Made by a program: the position numbers and the translations under genes. A DNA stretch of 64,000 nucleotides from Mobula hypostoma. Lineage: Eukaryota. The stretch covers positions 23,438,001 through 23,502,000 of the forward strand of contig NC_086097.1 in assembly GCF_963921235.1 (NCBI RefSeq). Reading direction: 5' to 3'. The stretch's first letter is position 1; each line of letters opens with the position of its first letter. Shown piece by piece: positions 13,267 to 26,629 of the stretch. The notes below the pieces were generated by a model. The model was not told the origin of the DNA and searched no databases. It worked only from the letters and a program-made list of their open reading frames with translations.

Positions 13267-14628
13267 ACACATTTTATGTGCCTGTTGAATGCCTCGATCA
13301 TATCTGCCTCCACCATCACTCTTGGCAGCACATTCCAGGCATCCTCCACTCTTGGTGTTTAAAAGCACTTACCCACATATCTCCTCTGAACTTGCCCCCT
13401 CTCAACTCAATTGCATGCCCTCTGATATTGGAGTCAGACCTCCAAAACAAATATATACCAGCTCTCTGCTCTACCTATGCATGCCTCTCACACATAAACT
13501 TCAATCAGGTCTCCCCTCGGCCTCTGGCACTCCAGAGAAAACAACCCGAGCTTGCCCAACCTCTTCTTTTAACTTAAGGCAGCATTCTAGTTAACTCTTC
13601 TCTACCCCCCCACCCCCGAAGCATCGACAGAATTAAGCTTTTCTATGGTATTGGTTAAGCCTCCAAGCCATCTTATACAGAAGTAAGACGGCCAGAATGT
13701 GCAGGAGGTACAGATGATACTGTACCTAATCCCTTGGATCTTGAAACAAGTTGCTGAAAGCTAAGGTGTGTTGAGCTGGCGTCTTGGGAACAGACTAGAA
13801 GAAGATTCAAGATTAATTTATTATCAAAGAATATATAATTATACAGCGTTGAGATTTGCTTGCTCACCTGTAGCCACAAAGCAAGAAACCGGAAAGAACC
13901 CAATTAAAGAAAACAAAGAATAAAAACAAAAATAAAAGGCCAACACTTGATGTGCAAGAGAAAAAAAAGCAAACAGTGAAAGTGAACAACAGCATTTTGA
14001 ATCAAAATTGAGTCCACCGATCCAAACGCCAGAGCAGTCCAGAGTAGGTCCAATGCCTCACTCATCATATGAATAGCATTGTACTAGCACTCCTGAATCT
14101 TCAACTCCTGTTGTATCAGTTCTTTCCTATCACCTGTCTCAGTCTCACCCACTCCCTCTGCACTCTCCACAACCTACTGTAAACATTGTAAAGAATAAGG
14201 ACCATAAGACAGGAGCAGAATTAGGCCATTCAACCCATCAAGTCTGTTCTTCCATTTGATCATGGCCAATTTATTTTCTTCCTCAACCCGCTTCTTCTGC
14301 CTTCTCCCTGTAACCTTTAATAACCTTACTAATAAAGAACCTATCAAATGCTACTTTAAATATACCATACTGACTTGATATCAACAACTGTCTATGACAT
14401 TGAATTCCACATTTACATTGCCCTCTGGCTAAAGCAATTCCTCGGCAACTCTGTTCTGAAGGGACATCCTGTATTCTGAGACTGGACCCCACTACTGGAA
14501 ACATCCTCTTCACCTCCACTCTGCTCTAGGCCTTTCAATGTTTGATAGGTTTCAATGAGAACCCCCTCTTCTTCTAAACTGCAGCAAGTACAAGCCTAGA
14601 GCCACCAAGCACTGCTCATACGTTAACA

Positions 14629-15236
14629 GAGTTTCGCTGAACACCTACGCTCTGTCCGCCAGAGAAAGCACGATCTCCCAGCGGCCACACATTTTAATTT
14701 CACGTCCCATTCCCATTCTGATATGTCTATCCAGGGCCTCCTCTACCGTAAAGATGAAGCCACACTCAGGTTGGAGGAACAACACCTTATATTCCGTCTG
14801 GGTAGCCTCCAACCTGATAGCATGAACATTAACTTCTCAAACTTCCGCTAATGCCCCACTTCCGCCCGTACCACATCCGTTATTTATTTATTTATATACA
14901 CACATTCTTTTTCCCTCTCTCCTTTTTCTCCCTCTGTCCCTTTCACTATACCCCTTGCCCATCCTCTGGGCTCCCCCCGACTTTCTTTCTCCCTGAGCCT
15001 CCTGTCCCATGATCCTCTCATATCCCTTCTGCCAATCAACTGTCCAGCTCTTGGCTCCATCCCTCCCCCTCCTGTCTTCTCCTATCATTTTGGATCTCCC
15101 CCCCCCACTTTCAAATTGCTTACTAGCTCTTCTTTCAGTTAGTCCTGACGAAGAGCCTCGGCCAAAAATGGCGACTTTACCTCTTCCCAGAGATGCTGCC
15201 TGGCTTGCTGCGTTCACCAGCAACTTTTATGTGTGT
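14629..15236 (+). mobile_element. Penelope-like element 3' fragment inserted in a minus-strand CR1 (about 14195-15400)
   Basis: Perfect 16-bp direct repeat TGCTCATACGTTAACA at 14613-14628 and 15237-15252. The 5' part reads EHLRSVRQRKHDLPAATHFN...EEQHLIFRLGSLQP, typical of the GIY-YIG end of Penelope-like ORFs. Confidence 0.8.
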
Positions 15237-15687
15237 TGCTCATACGTTAACACTTTAATTCCCCGGATCATTCTCGTGAACCTACTCTGGACCATCTACA
15301 ATTCCAGCACATGCTTTCTCATTCACCCAAAACTGCTCACAATCCTCCAAAAGTGGTCTGAACTATGCCTTACAAAGACTTTGCATTGTATCTTTATTTT
15401 TATATTCTAGTGAAGAAAAGAAAGAGAAGCAAAATTAGACTGAGCAAGTGATTTTACCAATCTTGACATTAAGATTTATTAGTCAGGCATGTTGCACCCA
15501 TCTGATGGTTTACCCCCAATTGTCATCAATATAGCTTAGCTGAAGCACAGTAAAGGATTGAGCAATGGTTTTTATCATTCTTTCTGTGATTCCTTCTGTT
15601 ATTCTTCATGATCTCAGTTTTGGATAATTATTGCCACCTAGGTGTGAAAAAAATCTGTATGGCAGATTATTATATAAATAAAGAGTC

Positions 15688-16241
15688 ATTAGGTACCTTC
15701 TGTACCTATAAAGTGGCCACTGAGTGTATTTTCGGGATCTTCTGTGATTGTAGCCTAAAAACGTAAAGGTTTGACGTGTTGTATGTTCAGAGTGCAGTGT
15801 TCTTCTGCACAGCACTATTGTAATGCATGGTTATTTGAGTTATTGTCTCCTTCCTCTCAGCTTGAACCAATCTGACCATTCTCCCCCGAACTCTCTCATT
15901 AACAAGGTGTTTCCAGCCACAGAACTGCCACTCACTCACTGAACGTTTTTTTTCTGGTTTGTTTGCACCATTCTCTGTAAACTCTAGAGATGGTTGTGCA
16001 TTAAAATCCCAGGAGATCAGATTCTGAGAGACTCAAACCACCCCATGTGGCACCAACAATCATTCCACAAGTCAACGTCCTTTGGGTGATATTTCTTCCC
16101 CATTTTGATGTTTGGTCTGAACAACAACTGAACTCTTTGACCATATCTGCATGCTTTTATGCATGCAGATTGCTGCCACATTATTGGCTGATTAGATATT
16201 TGCGTTAACATGCAGGTGTACCTAATAAAGTGGTGACTAAA
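15688..16241 (-). mobile_element. Tc1/mariner-type non-autonomous element, same family as 1210-1450
   Basis: Terminal motifs tataaagtggccactgagtgta (about 15708-15728) and gtgtacctaataaagtgg (about 16216-16233); colinear in reverse with 1210-1450. Confidence 0.7.
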
Positions 16242-16460
16242 TATCATCATAATGAAACATTTGGTATTCATCATTATATCCTCTATGATTAATTTAGCAT
16301 ACAACTTATTTACCCCATTATACAAGCCTTTATCTTCCAGAAACTGTTTTGTGCATATTTTCTTGAGAAAGAAGAAAAATGTTCATTACAATTTTAACAC
16401 AAGTGCTTCTCGTCAATGATTTTCTTAAATTTTGCTCTCTCTAGCAATTACCAAGGTTAA

Positions 16461-16488
16461 CCAGCAGATGGCGTTTGGCAGCTGTCAA
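16461..16488 (+). promoter_or_regulatory. Candidate CTCF site with adjacent E-box/TALE-homeodomain motif
   Basis: CCAGCAGATGGCGT matches the CTCF core CCASYAGRKGGCR; followed by CAGCTGTCAA; lies in apparently repeat-free intron. Motif match only. Confidence 0.45.
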
Positions 16489-19400
16489 TATCCTGGGCTT
16501 CAATGGAGTACCAAGCCCACTGATTTTGAATTCACTCTATTCATGCTTTGCAGCAAGAAGGGATCATTACACAAAATGTATTGGGTGTTAGTATAAAACG
16601 AATGCTTGAAAGTTAATTCAAACCCACATACTAACAAATTTAAAAAATATGAAGTTCAGAGCAAGACTTTGGAGCAAGGAGGTGGTCTGGAAGAGGAGAG
16701 GAAAAGAGACAGAGCAACAGACACAAAATGATGGAGGAACTCAGTAGATCAAGCAGCATCTATAAAAATGACCATAATGGTGGAGGAACTCAGTAGATCA
16801 AGCAGCATCTATAGAAATGACCATATCTGCATCCCCAAAACATCCACTGTTTATTCATTTCCATCAATGCTGCATGACCTGTTGTGTTCCCCCTGCGTTT
16901 TGTGTGTGTGCTTTGGATTTCCAGCATCTGCAGATGTTCTTGTGTTTATAAAGAGAAACAGAACAGCAGTTATTCCTATCTCATCCACTCTTCAATGAAA
17001 ACAGAAATGTAGCCTGTATGGAGACGCAACAGGTTAGTCTTCCAGGTTTCCTGCAAGGCATAGCATTTTTAACAGTACACTATCCTCATGGCATTGCGGT
17101 TCCTGAATCAGCACAGACTTTTGTGCTTATTGCTCAGTATGAGTCCAGTCAAACATTTGTTTTGAGAGCTTTAAGAGTTGGTCTAATCCAGTGGTAGGAG
17201 ACGATAAGACATGGGAGCAGCATTCGCCCCATTGAGTCTGCTTTGCCGTTTGATTTATTATCCTTCTCAACCCCATTCTCCTGCCCCCATTAACTTTCGA
17301 TATCCTAACTCATCAAGAACTCTGCTTTAAATATACCCAATGACTTGGCCTTCACGTGCCCATGGCAATGAATTCCACAGATTCAGAATCAGGTTTCAGA
17401 TCACAAGCATATGTCATGAAATTTGTTAACTTTATAACAGCCGTACAATGAAATACATGGTAAATAGATATAGAGGGGAAAAAATGAGTTACATTAATAG
17501 CTGTGTCTTTTAAATAGTTAGGTTAAAATAAGTGGTGCAAAAAAATAAACAGAAATGAAAAAAGTAGTGAGGTGATCTTCATGGATTCAATATCTTTTGA
17601 GAAATCAGATGGCAGAGGGGAAGAAGCTATTCCTGAATCGCTGAGTGAGTGTCTTTAGGCTTCCGTACCTGATGGTAACAATGAGAAGAGGGCATGTCAC
17701 TACCCAATCAAGCCACTAATAAGGCTGCTCTTCAGAGAATTTAGAGAAACTGGCCTGTTTATCCATTCTTTGCTCAGAATATCAACTCAGCAGTGTGACT
17801 CCGGTGTTTTTGTTGCTCAGTACACACGAACAATTAATCTGTCAAGTGTCCTGTTCTGTTATGGAGTGTTCACCTTCCATAACTCTCGTGTAACTCATTT
17901 GTACCAGTTTGGATGTTGGGAAAGTAAATTATGTTGTGAAGCCTTGAACTAATTTTTTGGTGAACCACGACACATTTTTTTTCACTCCAAGAAGCACGAT
18001 TATACTTTGTTCAGGTGTGAGGTGAGATTCGCAATATATTCTGGCTTGAACTATAATTGCACAGCAAGACTATGCTCGCCTCTACACAATCAGTGTAAGC
18101 CTTCCCTTCTACACATCCCATTGCCCTCCACATGTCTATCTAAAAGTCTTTCAAATGTTTCTATTGGACCAGTGTCTACCACCTTCCCCAGCAGTGCATT
18201 TCAGGCACCCACCACTTTCTACGTAAAATTTTTTAAAAAAACACACACGTCTGACATCTCTAAATTTCCTCAATTCATTTTAAATGGATGTACCCTAGTA
18301 ATGGCCACTGCCACCCTGTGAGAGAGTCTTCAGCCAGAGCGTGATGAATCTGTGGAATTTGTTGCCACTGGCGGCTGTGGAGGTCAAGTCACTGGGTATA
18401 CCTAAGGTAGAGGTTGATAAATTCTTGATTAGTCAGGGCATGAAGAGATATGGGGAGAAGGTAGGAGACTGGGGCTGAGAGGAATAATAGATCAGCCATG
18501 ATGAAGTGGTGGAGCAGACTTGGTAGGCCAAATGGCCTAATTCTGCTCCTATATCTTATGGTCTTATGAGAGAAAAGTGCTGGCTGTCCACTTTATCTGT
18601 GACACTCATGATTTTATGCACCTCTGTCAAGTCACTTTGCATCCTCTTTTGCTCCAAAGTGATAAGCCCTAGCTAGGTCAACCTATTCTCATATGACAAA
18701 TAAGCTCTGGCAGAGAGCTCAACCAAAAGGGGCTTGGGTATAAGGTGTTGAAGGAAATCATTTTCACTCATGAATTGCTGGAGATCAGAAAGTTGCTGAC
18801 TGAAAGGACAGGAAAGGCAAAAATAAATTCAGAAAGTTCTTGAGTGAGCAATGATTGTTTTCAACCTATTGTATTTAGCAAGTGACTTTTAAAGTAAGAT
18901 TATATGCTGCCATGCATGTTAAGTGATGCACTTTGTGAGGGAGGCTCTTCTCAAGGAGGAAAGGCAAGTCACAGGAAGAGCCAGAGATCCTAGAAGATGG
19001 AAAAGGAGGATTATTCACAACAGACACAAAATGTTGGAGGAACTCAGCAAGACAAGCAGCATCAGTGGAAAGGGAATAAGCAATAAAGGTTTCAGGCCGA
19101 GACCTTCATCAAGACTTGGTCTGAAGTGTCGATCATTTATTCCTCTCCATGCCAATGCTGCCTGACCTGCTGAGTTCCTCCAGTGATGTGTGTGTGTGTC
19201 TTGCTCTGGGTTTCCAGCATCTGCAGAATTTCTTGTGTTTGTAATTAGTCAATATATCTCTTTTGCAGCTATTGTGCCAGAATGGGATTCGAACGACAGA
19301 TACTGTAATCCATGTGTTGTTCACCCACTTTTTGCCATTTGCACAATTTGTTCCTTTTCTCACGCATTTGCTGGTTGATGTTTTCTTGAACAGGCTCCAT

Positions 19401-19884
19401 GGTGTTTCTTTGTTTCGTGGCTGCCTGTGGGAGGACGGACCTCAGAGTTGCATTCTGTACACATACTTTGATAATAAATGTACTTTGAATCTTTGATCCA
19501 TGATCTATAGTTTTCCAGTAGCATAATACATTTCAATGATTCTATTTGTCATCTGTATGTTTGCAATTCACAATCTCAGTTCTGTTGAGCAATTCATTAA
19601 AATGAGCTTGGTGCAATAGACAGTGGTTTATTTTCCCTATCCTAAAGCTGCTATTGACCGGTTTTGGAATTCTGCTCTTGCTGACTTTTTGGGTTGTTTT
19701 CTGCAATGACAGACCAAGTGAGAATTTATTCCTGGCCTGAGTAAATTCGCAACGTTCAGCTGATGATAAGCTGCCATAGATTGATAATAAAGTACACTGT
19801 AAAATGTCAGGTGGTAACTGAGCAAAAATAGCTGTTCACTCTGATTAATATGTTCTGAGAGGATAGGAAATTTATTAGATCTGT

Positions 19885-20370
19885 ATCATAGAGTCATAGA
19901 GCTCCACAACACAGAAACTGTCCCTTTTGCCCACCCACTCAGTGCCAACCTGTTGCTCTCCGTAGTTCCATCAACCCACACATGGACAATCATCATGCCT
20001 CTCTCATCCAAGTACTTGTCCAAACTTCTCTTAAGTGTTGAAATTGAATCCACATTCATCAATTCTGTTCACAGTTTGCTCCACCCTCGCACCACCTTCT
20101 GAGAAAAGAGGTTCCTGCTCGATTTTCCTTTAAGTATTTCACCTTTCATCCTTAACCTATGATCTCTAGCTCTAGACTCACCCAACGTCAGTGGAAAAAG
20201 CCTGTTTGCATTTACTCTATCTATAGCTCTCTTAATTTTATATACCTCTATCAAATCTCCTCTCATTCTCCCACACTTCAGGGAATGAAGTTCTAACTTA
20301 TTCAGGCTTTCCTTAGGATGTAGATCCTCAGATCCCGGCAAAATCCTTGTAATTTTTCTCTGTAGCCTTT
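19885..20370 (-). mobile_element. CR1-like LINE 3' fragment
   Basis: ORF 20069..20395 RMRGDLIEVYKI...DRVNA...FSQKVVRGWSKL. Confidence 0.8.
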
Positions 20371-21196
20371 CAGTCATCAGGTTCAAGCTTGTCATTCAAC
20401 CATATGTGAATAGCCATGAATACAGCCAAACAAAACAGTGTTGCTCCAAGACCAAGGTGCAAAGCACTGTACCAACAATCACACACAGTCCAAGGCATCA
20501 TTCTTATTGATATATTTTTCCTGTAGGTAGGTGTAACTGCACACAATAATACCCTCCAATCTGATGGCATGAATATCGATTTATTTTTCCCAGTAAACAA
20601 ATTCCACCTCCCCCCCACCGCTCCTCCTCTGTTACTCTGACCTTTTACTACTTCTCGCCTGCCTATCACTTCCCCTGGGTCACCACCTCCTTCCCATTCT
20701 CCTGTGGTCCGCTCCTATCAGATTCATTTTTCTCCAGCCGTTGACCTTTCTCACCCAGCTGGCCTGACCTATCACCTGTCAGCTAGCCTCTTTGCCTTCA
20801 CCCCACTTTTTTATTCTGGCAACTTCCCCCTTCCTTCTCAGTGCTGGAGAAGAGTCTCAGCCTGAAATGTCAACCGTCCATTCATTTCCATAGTTGCTGC
20901 CTGATCTGCTGAGTTCCTCCAGCATTCTGGGTACGTGCCTAGAAATAACATACGTGGTACTCTGCAAGAACTCAGCGGATTAGACGGCGTCTATGGCGAA
21001 GAATAAACAGTCGATGTTTCAGGGTGAGACCCTTCAACAGGCCTGTTCACTTCATGCAGTTTTGGTCACCTGCCTACAGGAATACCTTGATAGCCAGTGC
21101 AAGCACAGCATCTATGTGGCTGTTAGGGTATTGCCATGGGATGTGGGAATGAAATGTGAGCTATCCAAAATCACTGACTAGATGTCTTAAATGTAG

Positions 21197-21578
21197 GTCA
21201 AATGCTTGGCGACCACACACGGCTGGAATTCCACAACATTGAGACTGGGATAATGACTGAGCGACGCTTCATCTCTGTGGCTCCATCCAGTTTCATTGGG
21301 CACCTCCAGAGCTTGATGTTCAATGGAATGATGTACATTGACCTGTGCAAAAATGGGGACATTGAATACTGCGAAATCAACGCCAGGTTCGGCATGAGAT
21401 CCATCATCGCAGATCCCGTCACTTTCAAAACCAAGAACAGCTATTTGACCCTGGCCACTCTCCACGCATACACGTCCATGCATCTCTTCTTCCAGTTCAA
21501 GACTACTTCTCCCGATGGATTCATCCTCTTCAACAGCGGAGATGGCAATGACTTCATTGCAGTGGAATTAGTCAAAGG
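21197..21578 (+). CDS. NRXN3: Alpha-neurexin-3 coding exon, LNS4 end and LNS5 start ([17 protein letters not shown]...[10 protein letters not shown])
   Basis: Acceptor tag at 21194-21196, donor gtaagg at 21579; 382 nt, phase 1/2; lies in ORF 21202..21582. [15 protein letters not shown] and [37 protein letters not shown] are NRXN3-type. Confidence 0.97.
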
Positions 21579-22692
21579 GTAAGGTGGATCTGAAAATCAA
21601 AATCCATTGGTTTTTCTCTTCATCAGTTCTGATGAAGTGTCCTGGACTTGAAAAATTAATTGTGTCTTTTTCCACAGATGCCTGACCTGCTGAGTTTTTC
21701 ACCATCCTGTGTTTTTTAATCTTTTGATTGCCAAAAATCTTTCTCAGATGTCGGGTAGAGGAATCTGAGATTCTTCAGAAAATAAACTTTTTTTTCCTTC
21801 TCTTTTTTTTTTGTATTTGCACAATTTATTGTTTTTTTTTGCACGTTGAGTATTGTCCGTCCGGTTGGGTGTGGTCTTTCATTGATTTTATTGTGTTTCT
21901 TGTATTTATTGTGATTGCCCACAAGAAAATAAATCTCAGGTTAGTGTATGGTGACACATATATACTTCAATAATAAATTTATTTTGAACTTGGAAATTAG
22001 CACAGCATTGTGGCAGACCCGTGAATAGGCAAGGCGATAGACCATGTGCAGGCAGATGGGGTGTGTTAGATTTGTATCATGGACAGTGCAGATATGCACA
22101 GAATGACCTGTCCCTGTGCTGTAGAGTACAATGTTCTTCAAATGAAATCCCATTTGAAATTGGTGATCCTTGCAATATGCAGCCTTGTGTAAATGCTGAG
22201 GATTTTATTTGGATTTGACTAGAGTCCAGCTTTGGAGCAAGCAGACAGATTCAGCATTCCAGATCTCTCTATAATTCCGGAAGTTAAGCATTTGAGAGTG
22301 TGTGTGTGTGTGTGTGTGTGGAACTCCAGGGCTGATTGCCAATCAAACAAGTGAATCTCTAATATGACTATGAGCATCATAGGAAGTCATTCCTGCCTGT
22401 GGCCATCAAACTTTACAACTCCTCCCTTGGAGGGTTAGACACCCTGAGTCAATAGGCTGGTCCTGGACTTATTTCCTGGCATAATTTACATATTACTATT
22501 TAATTATTTATGGTTTTATTACTATTTAATTATTTATGGTGCAACTGTAACAAAAACCAATTTCCCCCGGGATCAATGAAGTATGACTATGACTATGATG
22601 AAAAGCCAGCAAATTTCTGCCATTCCCTCCAAAATTGGGGATCACACACAAATCATATCTACTTGAACAAGGTGGCAGCAGTGCCTCCAGAG

Positions 22693-22742
22693 CAGAAGTT
22701 CCCAACCTTTTTTATGCCATGTTGTCAGGTTGGGAGCCCCTG
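22693..22742. mobile_element. 50-bp hAT (Charlie-like) MITE; relatives at about 1452-1531, 10290-10356 and 63237-63317
   Basis: TIRs cagaagttcccaacc / ggttgggagcccctg; 8-bp TSD ctccagag / ctctagag. Confidence 0.75.
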
Positions 22743-23829
22743 CTCTAGAGAGTTAATAAGAAGAGGGATCAGAAAATGATGGAATGCTCAACAAATCAGG
22801 CTGCAGCTACAGAGAGGGAAGGAGAACTGATGCATTATGTTCAGTGACCTTCGTTTGAATTTGATTACCTGCAGTTTCTTGCTGGTTGAAAGTAAACAAA
22901 GGATGGGGGATGATCGTCACTTTCAAGGACTCTTCATCTCACGTTATTGATATTTATTGCTTATTGATTTATTATTGTTATTTTATTTTTCTCTTTATTT
23001 GCACAGTCTATTTTTTTGCACATTAGTTGTTTGGACATTTTGTTTGCAGTTTTTCATTGATTCTGTCATGTTTCTTAGTTATTTACTGTGGATGCCCACA
23101 AGAAAATGAATATCAGTATTAACAAAGTGCATATATGGTGACATATATGTACTTAGACAGTAAACTTACTTTGAACAAAGAGCAGTGGGTGCTGGATATC
23201 TGAAATAAAAGCAGAAAATGGTGGAAGTACTTAGCAGGTCGGGTAGCATTTGTGGACCGTAGAACAGTCAATAGAACATAAGACATTACAGCAGAGTACA
23301 GACCCTTCGGCTCATGATGTTGTGCAGATGTTTTCACCTACGCTAAGATCAATATCAATCTAACACTTCCCTCCTACGTAGCCCTCCATTTTTCTATCAT
23401 CCAGGTGCCTATCTCAGAGTTTCTTAAATGGCCCTAATGTATCCTGCCTCTGTCACCACCCCTGGCAGAGCGTTCCACACAGCCACCACTCTCTGTGTGA
23501 AGAACTTCATGTTTCCTTTAGGTCAAAGACCTAAATTAAGAGTGAGCAGTTAATAAGTGTTCAAGCCTATTTTCAATTTTTTTTGTTTTAATTACAGGAA
23601 GTGTACAGTGTTACTGTTAAAACCGTTCATCACATTTTTTGACCTACCCTCAGCTTTGCTGATAAGTATTTTTCAATAATTCAGACATATAATAAATCAG
23701 ACATTAAAATAATTCAGAAATATTTGGAAAATAATTTTGATGAAATAGTACAGTTTTCTCAAGACATATCCATAGCTTCACAGTTTAATTGTTTGAAACT
23801 GTACATTCACTGTTATCTTCAGAGACTTT

Positions 23830-24560
23830 TTAAGTTCAAATTCAAGTTTATTGTCATTGAACTGTATACAGCCATATGAAACAGCATTCCTCCAGACCGA
23901 AGTGTACAACACAGTACATATAACTCACACACAACACATAAAATAATATTACCACAAATATATTAATAAATTATGAAATGTGTTCCAGGAGATTGACAAT
24001 TAGCGTAAGATGCATTTATGACACAAATTAAAAAGTCAACAGTACAACACAATTGGTGCTTCATATGTGATGAGACCTGGGTGGTGGCAGGTAGTCTCAT
24101 GGCCTGGGGGCAGAAACTGTTTCCCATCCTAGCAGTCCTTGTCCTAATGCCGTGGTACCTCCTGCCTCATGGTAAAGGGGCAAAAAGATTGTTGGACAAT
24201 TGGAGGGACCATTGTGAGTGCTAAGGGCCCTGCGCACACAGCGCTCCTGGTAAATAGCTTGGATATGTGGAAGGGGGAACCCAATGATCCTTTCAGCAGT
24301 CCTTGAAATTCTTTGTAGGGACTTGTGGTTTGTTGCCTTGAAAATTCCGTACTAGGTGATGATGCAGCTGGTCAGGACACTCTCAATGGTGCTCCTGCAA
24401 AAAATTGGTTAGAATAGGGTGGGGGCGGGCTGGTGAGCTTAGCTCACCTCAGTCTCCTCAGGAAATAGAGATGCTTTCTTGACTAAAGGGGTGGTGTTAA
24501 GTGTCTAGGTGAGATCATCCATTATGTGCACATCCAGAAACATGGTGCTCTTCATCTTTT
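23830..24560 (-). mobile_element. Decayed Rex1/Babar-like LINE 3' fragment ending about 60 bp before the 24624 exon
   Basis: Colinear with 25600-26050 (gtgatgcagc..gtcagga..ctctcaat...ctcct). Confidence 0.65.
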
Positions 24561-24623
24561 CATTGGTTAAGGCTGTCTGCAGACTTTGCCTTTGTTTCAA
24601 CTTGGTGAATCATTCTTCTGCAG

Positions 24624-24814
24624 ATATATCCATTACGTGTTTGATCTGGGAAATGGACCCAATGTTATCAAGGGAAACTCTGAGAAGGCCTTGAGTGACA
24701 ATCAGTGGCATAATGTCGTGATCACCAGGGACAACAGCAACACTCACACACTGAAGGTGGATGCTAAATCTGTGACTCAAATCATCAATGGTGCCAAGAA
24801 CCTTGATCTCAAAG
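24624..24814 (+). CDS. NRXN3: Alpha-neurexin-3 coding exon, LNS5 ([36 protein letters not shown]...AKNLDLKG)
   Basis: Acceptor ttcttctgcag ending at 24623, donor gtgagt at 24815; 191 nt, phase 2/1; frame continuous with the flanking exons. Confidence 0.97.
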
Positions 24815-25010
24815 GTGAGTTCTTCATCCATTTTACTTCAACGATACCTTAGAAGACATTGACATAGTTTCTGTTGCACATCATGAAGGTGAGACACACT
24901 CCACTGAGCAACATGTGTCAAATAAAGGCTTAAAAGATCAGAAACAAACTGCTTTGACTTTACCAAGTGGCAGAATCACAGTCCGAATCAAGTTTATTAT
25001 CACTGGCATA

Positions 25011-25083
25011 CAGTACTTCGCTAAAGTCTTAAGCACATACTGTATATAGAGCTAGGGTGCCTAAGACTTTTGTATAGTTCTGT
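25011..25083. mobile_element. Short Tc1-derived palindromic MITE
   Basis: TA-cagtacttcgctaaagtcttaagcac ... gtgcctaagacttttgtatagttctg-TA; same TIR family as 39412-42609. Confidence 0.7.
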
Positions 25084-25474
25084 AGTAATTTTATGTATTG
25101 CACTGTGCTGCTGCCACAAAAAAAAACATTTTATGATTTACGTCAGTGATAACCCTGATATGGGTCTCGATTGTGGACTGAGCGTGGGAAAGGGGCAGGA
25201 AGAGGGGAAGGAGTGGAAAGAACCAGAGAGATGTTCTGTAATGATCAATAAGATAATTGTTTGGGATCAAATTACCTTGCCTGATGTCTCAGGGCTGGGT
25301 GTGTCTGCAGCCGTGCTACTTCCCACCCCTGCCACCTGTCCCACACCCCTCCCGTGGCACTCCACCTCACCATTCCCAACATCCTTTGCTCCCGCCTAAT
25401 ATACAAACACATTGTCTGCTCCACGTTGACAAATACAGTACTGAGCAAAAGTCTGAGGCACCTAGCTATATATT

Positions 25475-26629
25475 GAATTGAATTGACTTTATCTCTTTCA
25501 TCCTTCACATACATGAGTAAAAATCTTTACGTTACATCTCATCTGAATGTGCAATCAGAGTAATTTATAATAAATAGAACAGTCAATGTAACAGAGTACA
25601 CTCAAATCAGTCTGATGACCTGGTGGAAGAAGCTGTCTCGGAGCCTGTTGGTCCTGGCTTTTATGCTGCAGTACCATTTCCCAGATGGTAGCAGCTGGAA
25701 TAGACTGTGGCTGGGGTGACTCAGGTCCCCAATGATCCTACAGGCCCTTTTTACACACTTATCTTTGTAGATGTCCTGAATCATGGGAAGTTCACAACTT
25801 CAGATGCGCTGGGCTGTCCACATTACTCTCTGCAGAATCCTGCGATTAGAGGAGGTACAGTTCCCGTACCAGGCAGTGATGCAGCCAGTCAGGATGCTCT
25901 CAATTGTGCCCCTGTAGAAAGTAGTTAGGATTTGGGGGCCCATACCAAACTTCTTCAACCGTCTGAGGTGAAAGAGGTGCTGTTGTGCCTTTTTCACCAC
26001 ACAGCTGGTGTGTACGTCCTCGGTGATGTGAATGCCGAGGAACTTGAAGCTGTTCACCCTCTCAACCCCAGATCCATTGATGTCAATAGGGGTTAGCCCA
26101 TCTCCATTCCTCCTGTAATCCACAACCAGCTCCTTTGTTTTTGCAACATCGAGGGAGAGGTTGTGTTCTTGACACCACTGTGTCAGAGAGGTGACTTCCT
26201 CCCTTAGGCCACCTTGTTATTGTTTGAGATAAAGCCAATCAATATAGTGTCATCAGCAAATTTAATTAGCAGATTAGAGCTGTGGGTGGTGATACAGTCA
26301 TGGGTATACAAAGAGTAAAGGAAGGGACTCTGTACACAGCCCTGAGGGGCTCCTGTATTGAGAGTCAGAGGGTTGGAGGTGAGGGAGCCCACTCTTACCA
26401 CCTGCTGGCGATCTGACAGGAAGTCCAAGATCCAGCTGCGCAAGGCAGGGTCAAAGCTGAGGTCTGTGAGCTTCTTGTTGATCCTGGATGGAACTACGGT
26501 GTTGAACTGTAGTCCAACAACAGCATTCTCACATAACCATCCTTCTTCTCTAGATTCATAAGAACAGTATGTAGAGCAGTGGCTATTGCATCGTCTGTCA
26601 ATCAATGGTGTCGGTAGGCAAATTGCAGT
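25475..26629 (-). mobile_element. Rex1/Babar-like non-LTR retrotransposon, 5'-truncated reverse transcriptase pseudogene
   Basis: ORFs 26204..26605 (TGAPQGCV..P.LYSLYTHDC...LIKFADDT), 25800..26123 (VERVNSFKFLGIHI...HLRRLKKFG...TIESILT.CITAWYG) and 25602..25784. Lies between the two TIRs of a Tc1 MITE. Confidence 0.88.

Noticed and set aside
16732..16825. 49-bp direct duplication
   Set aside because: Real, but a simple local slippage within a dispersed repeat.
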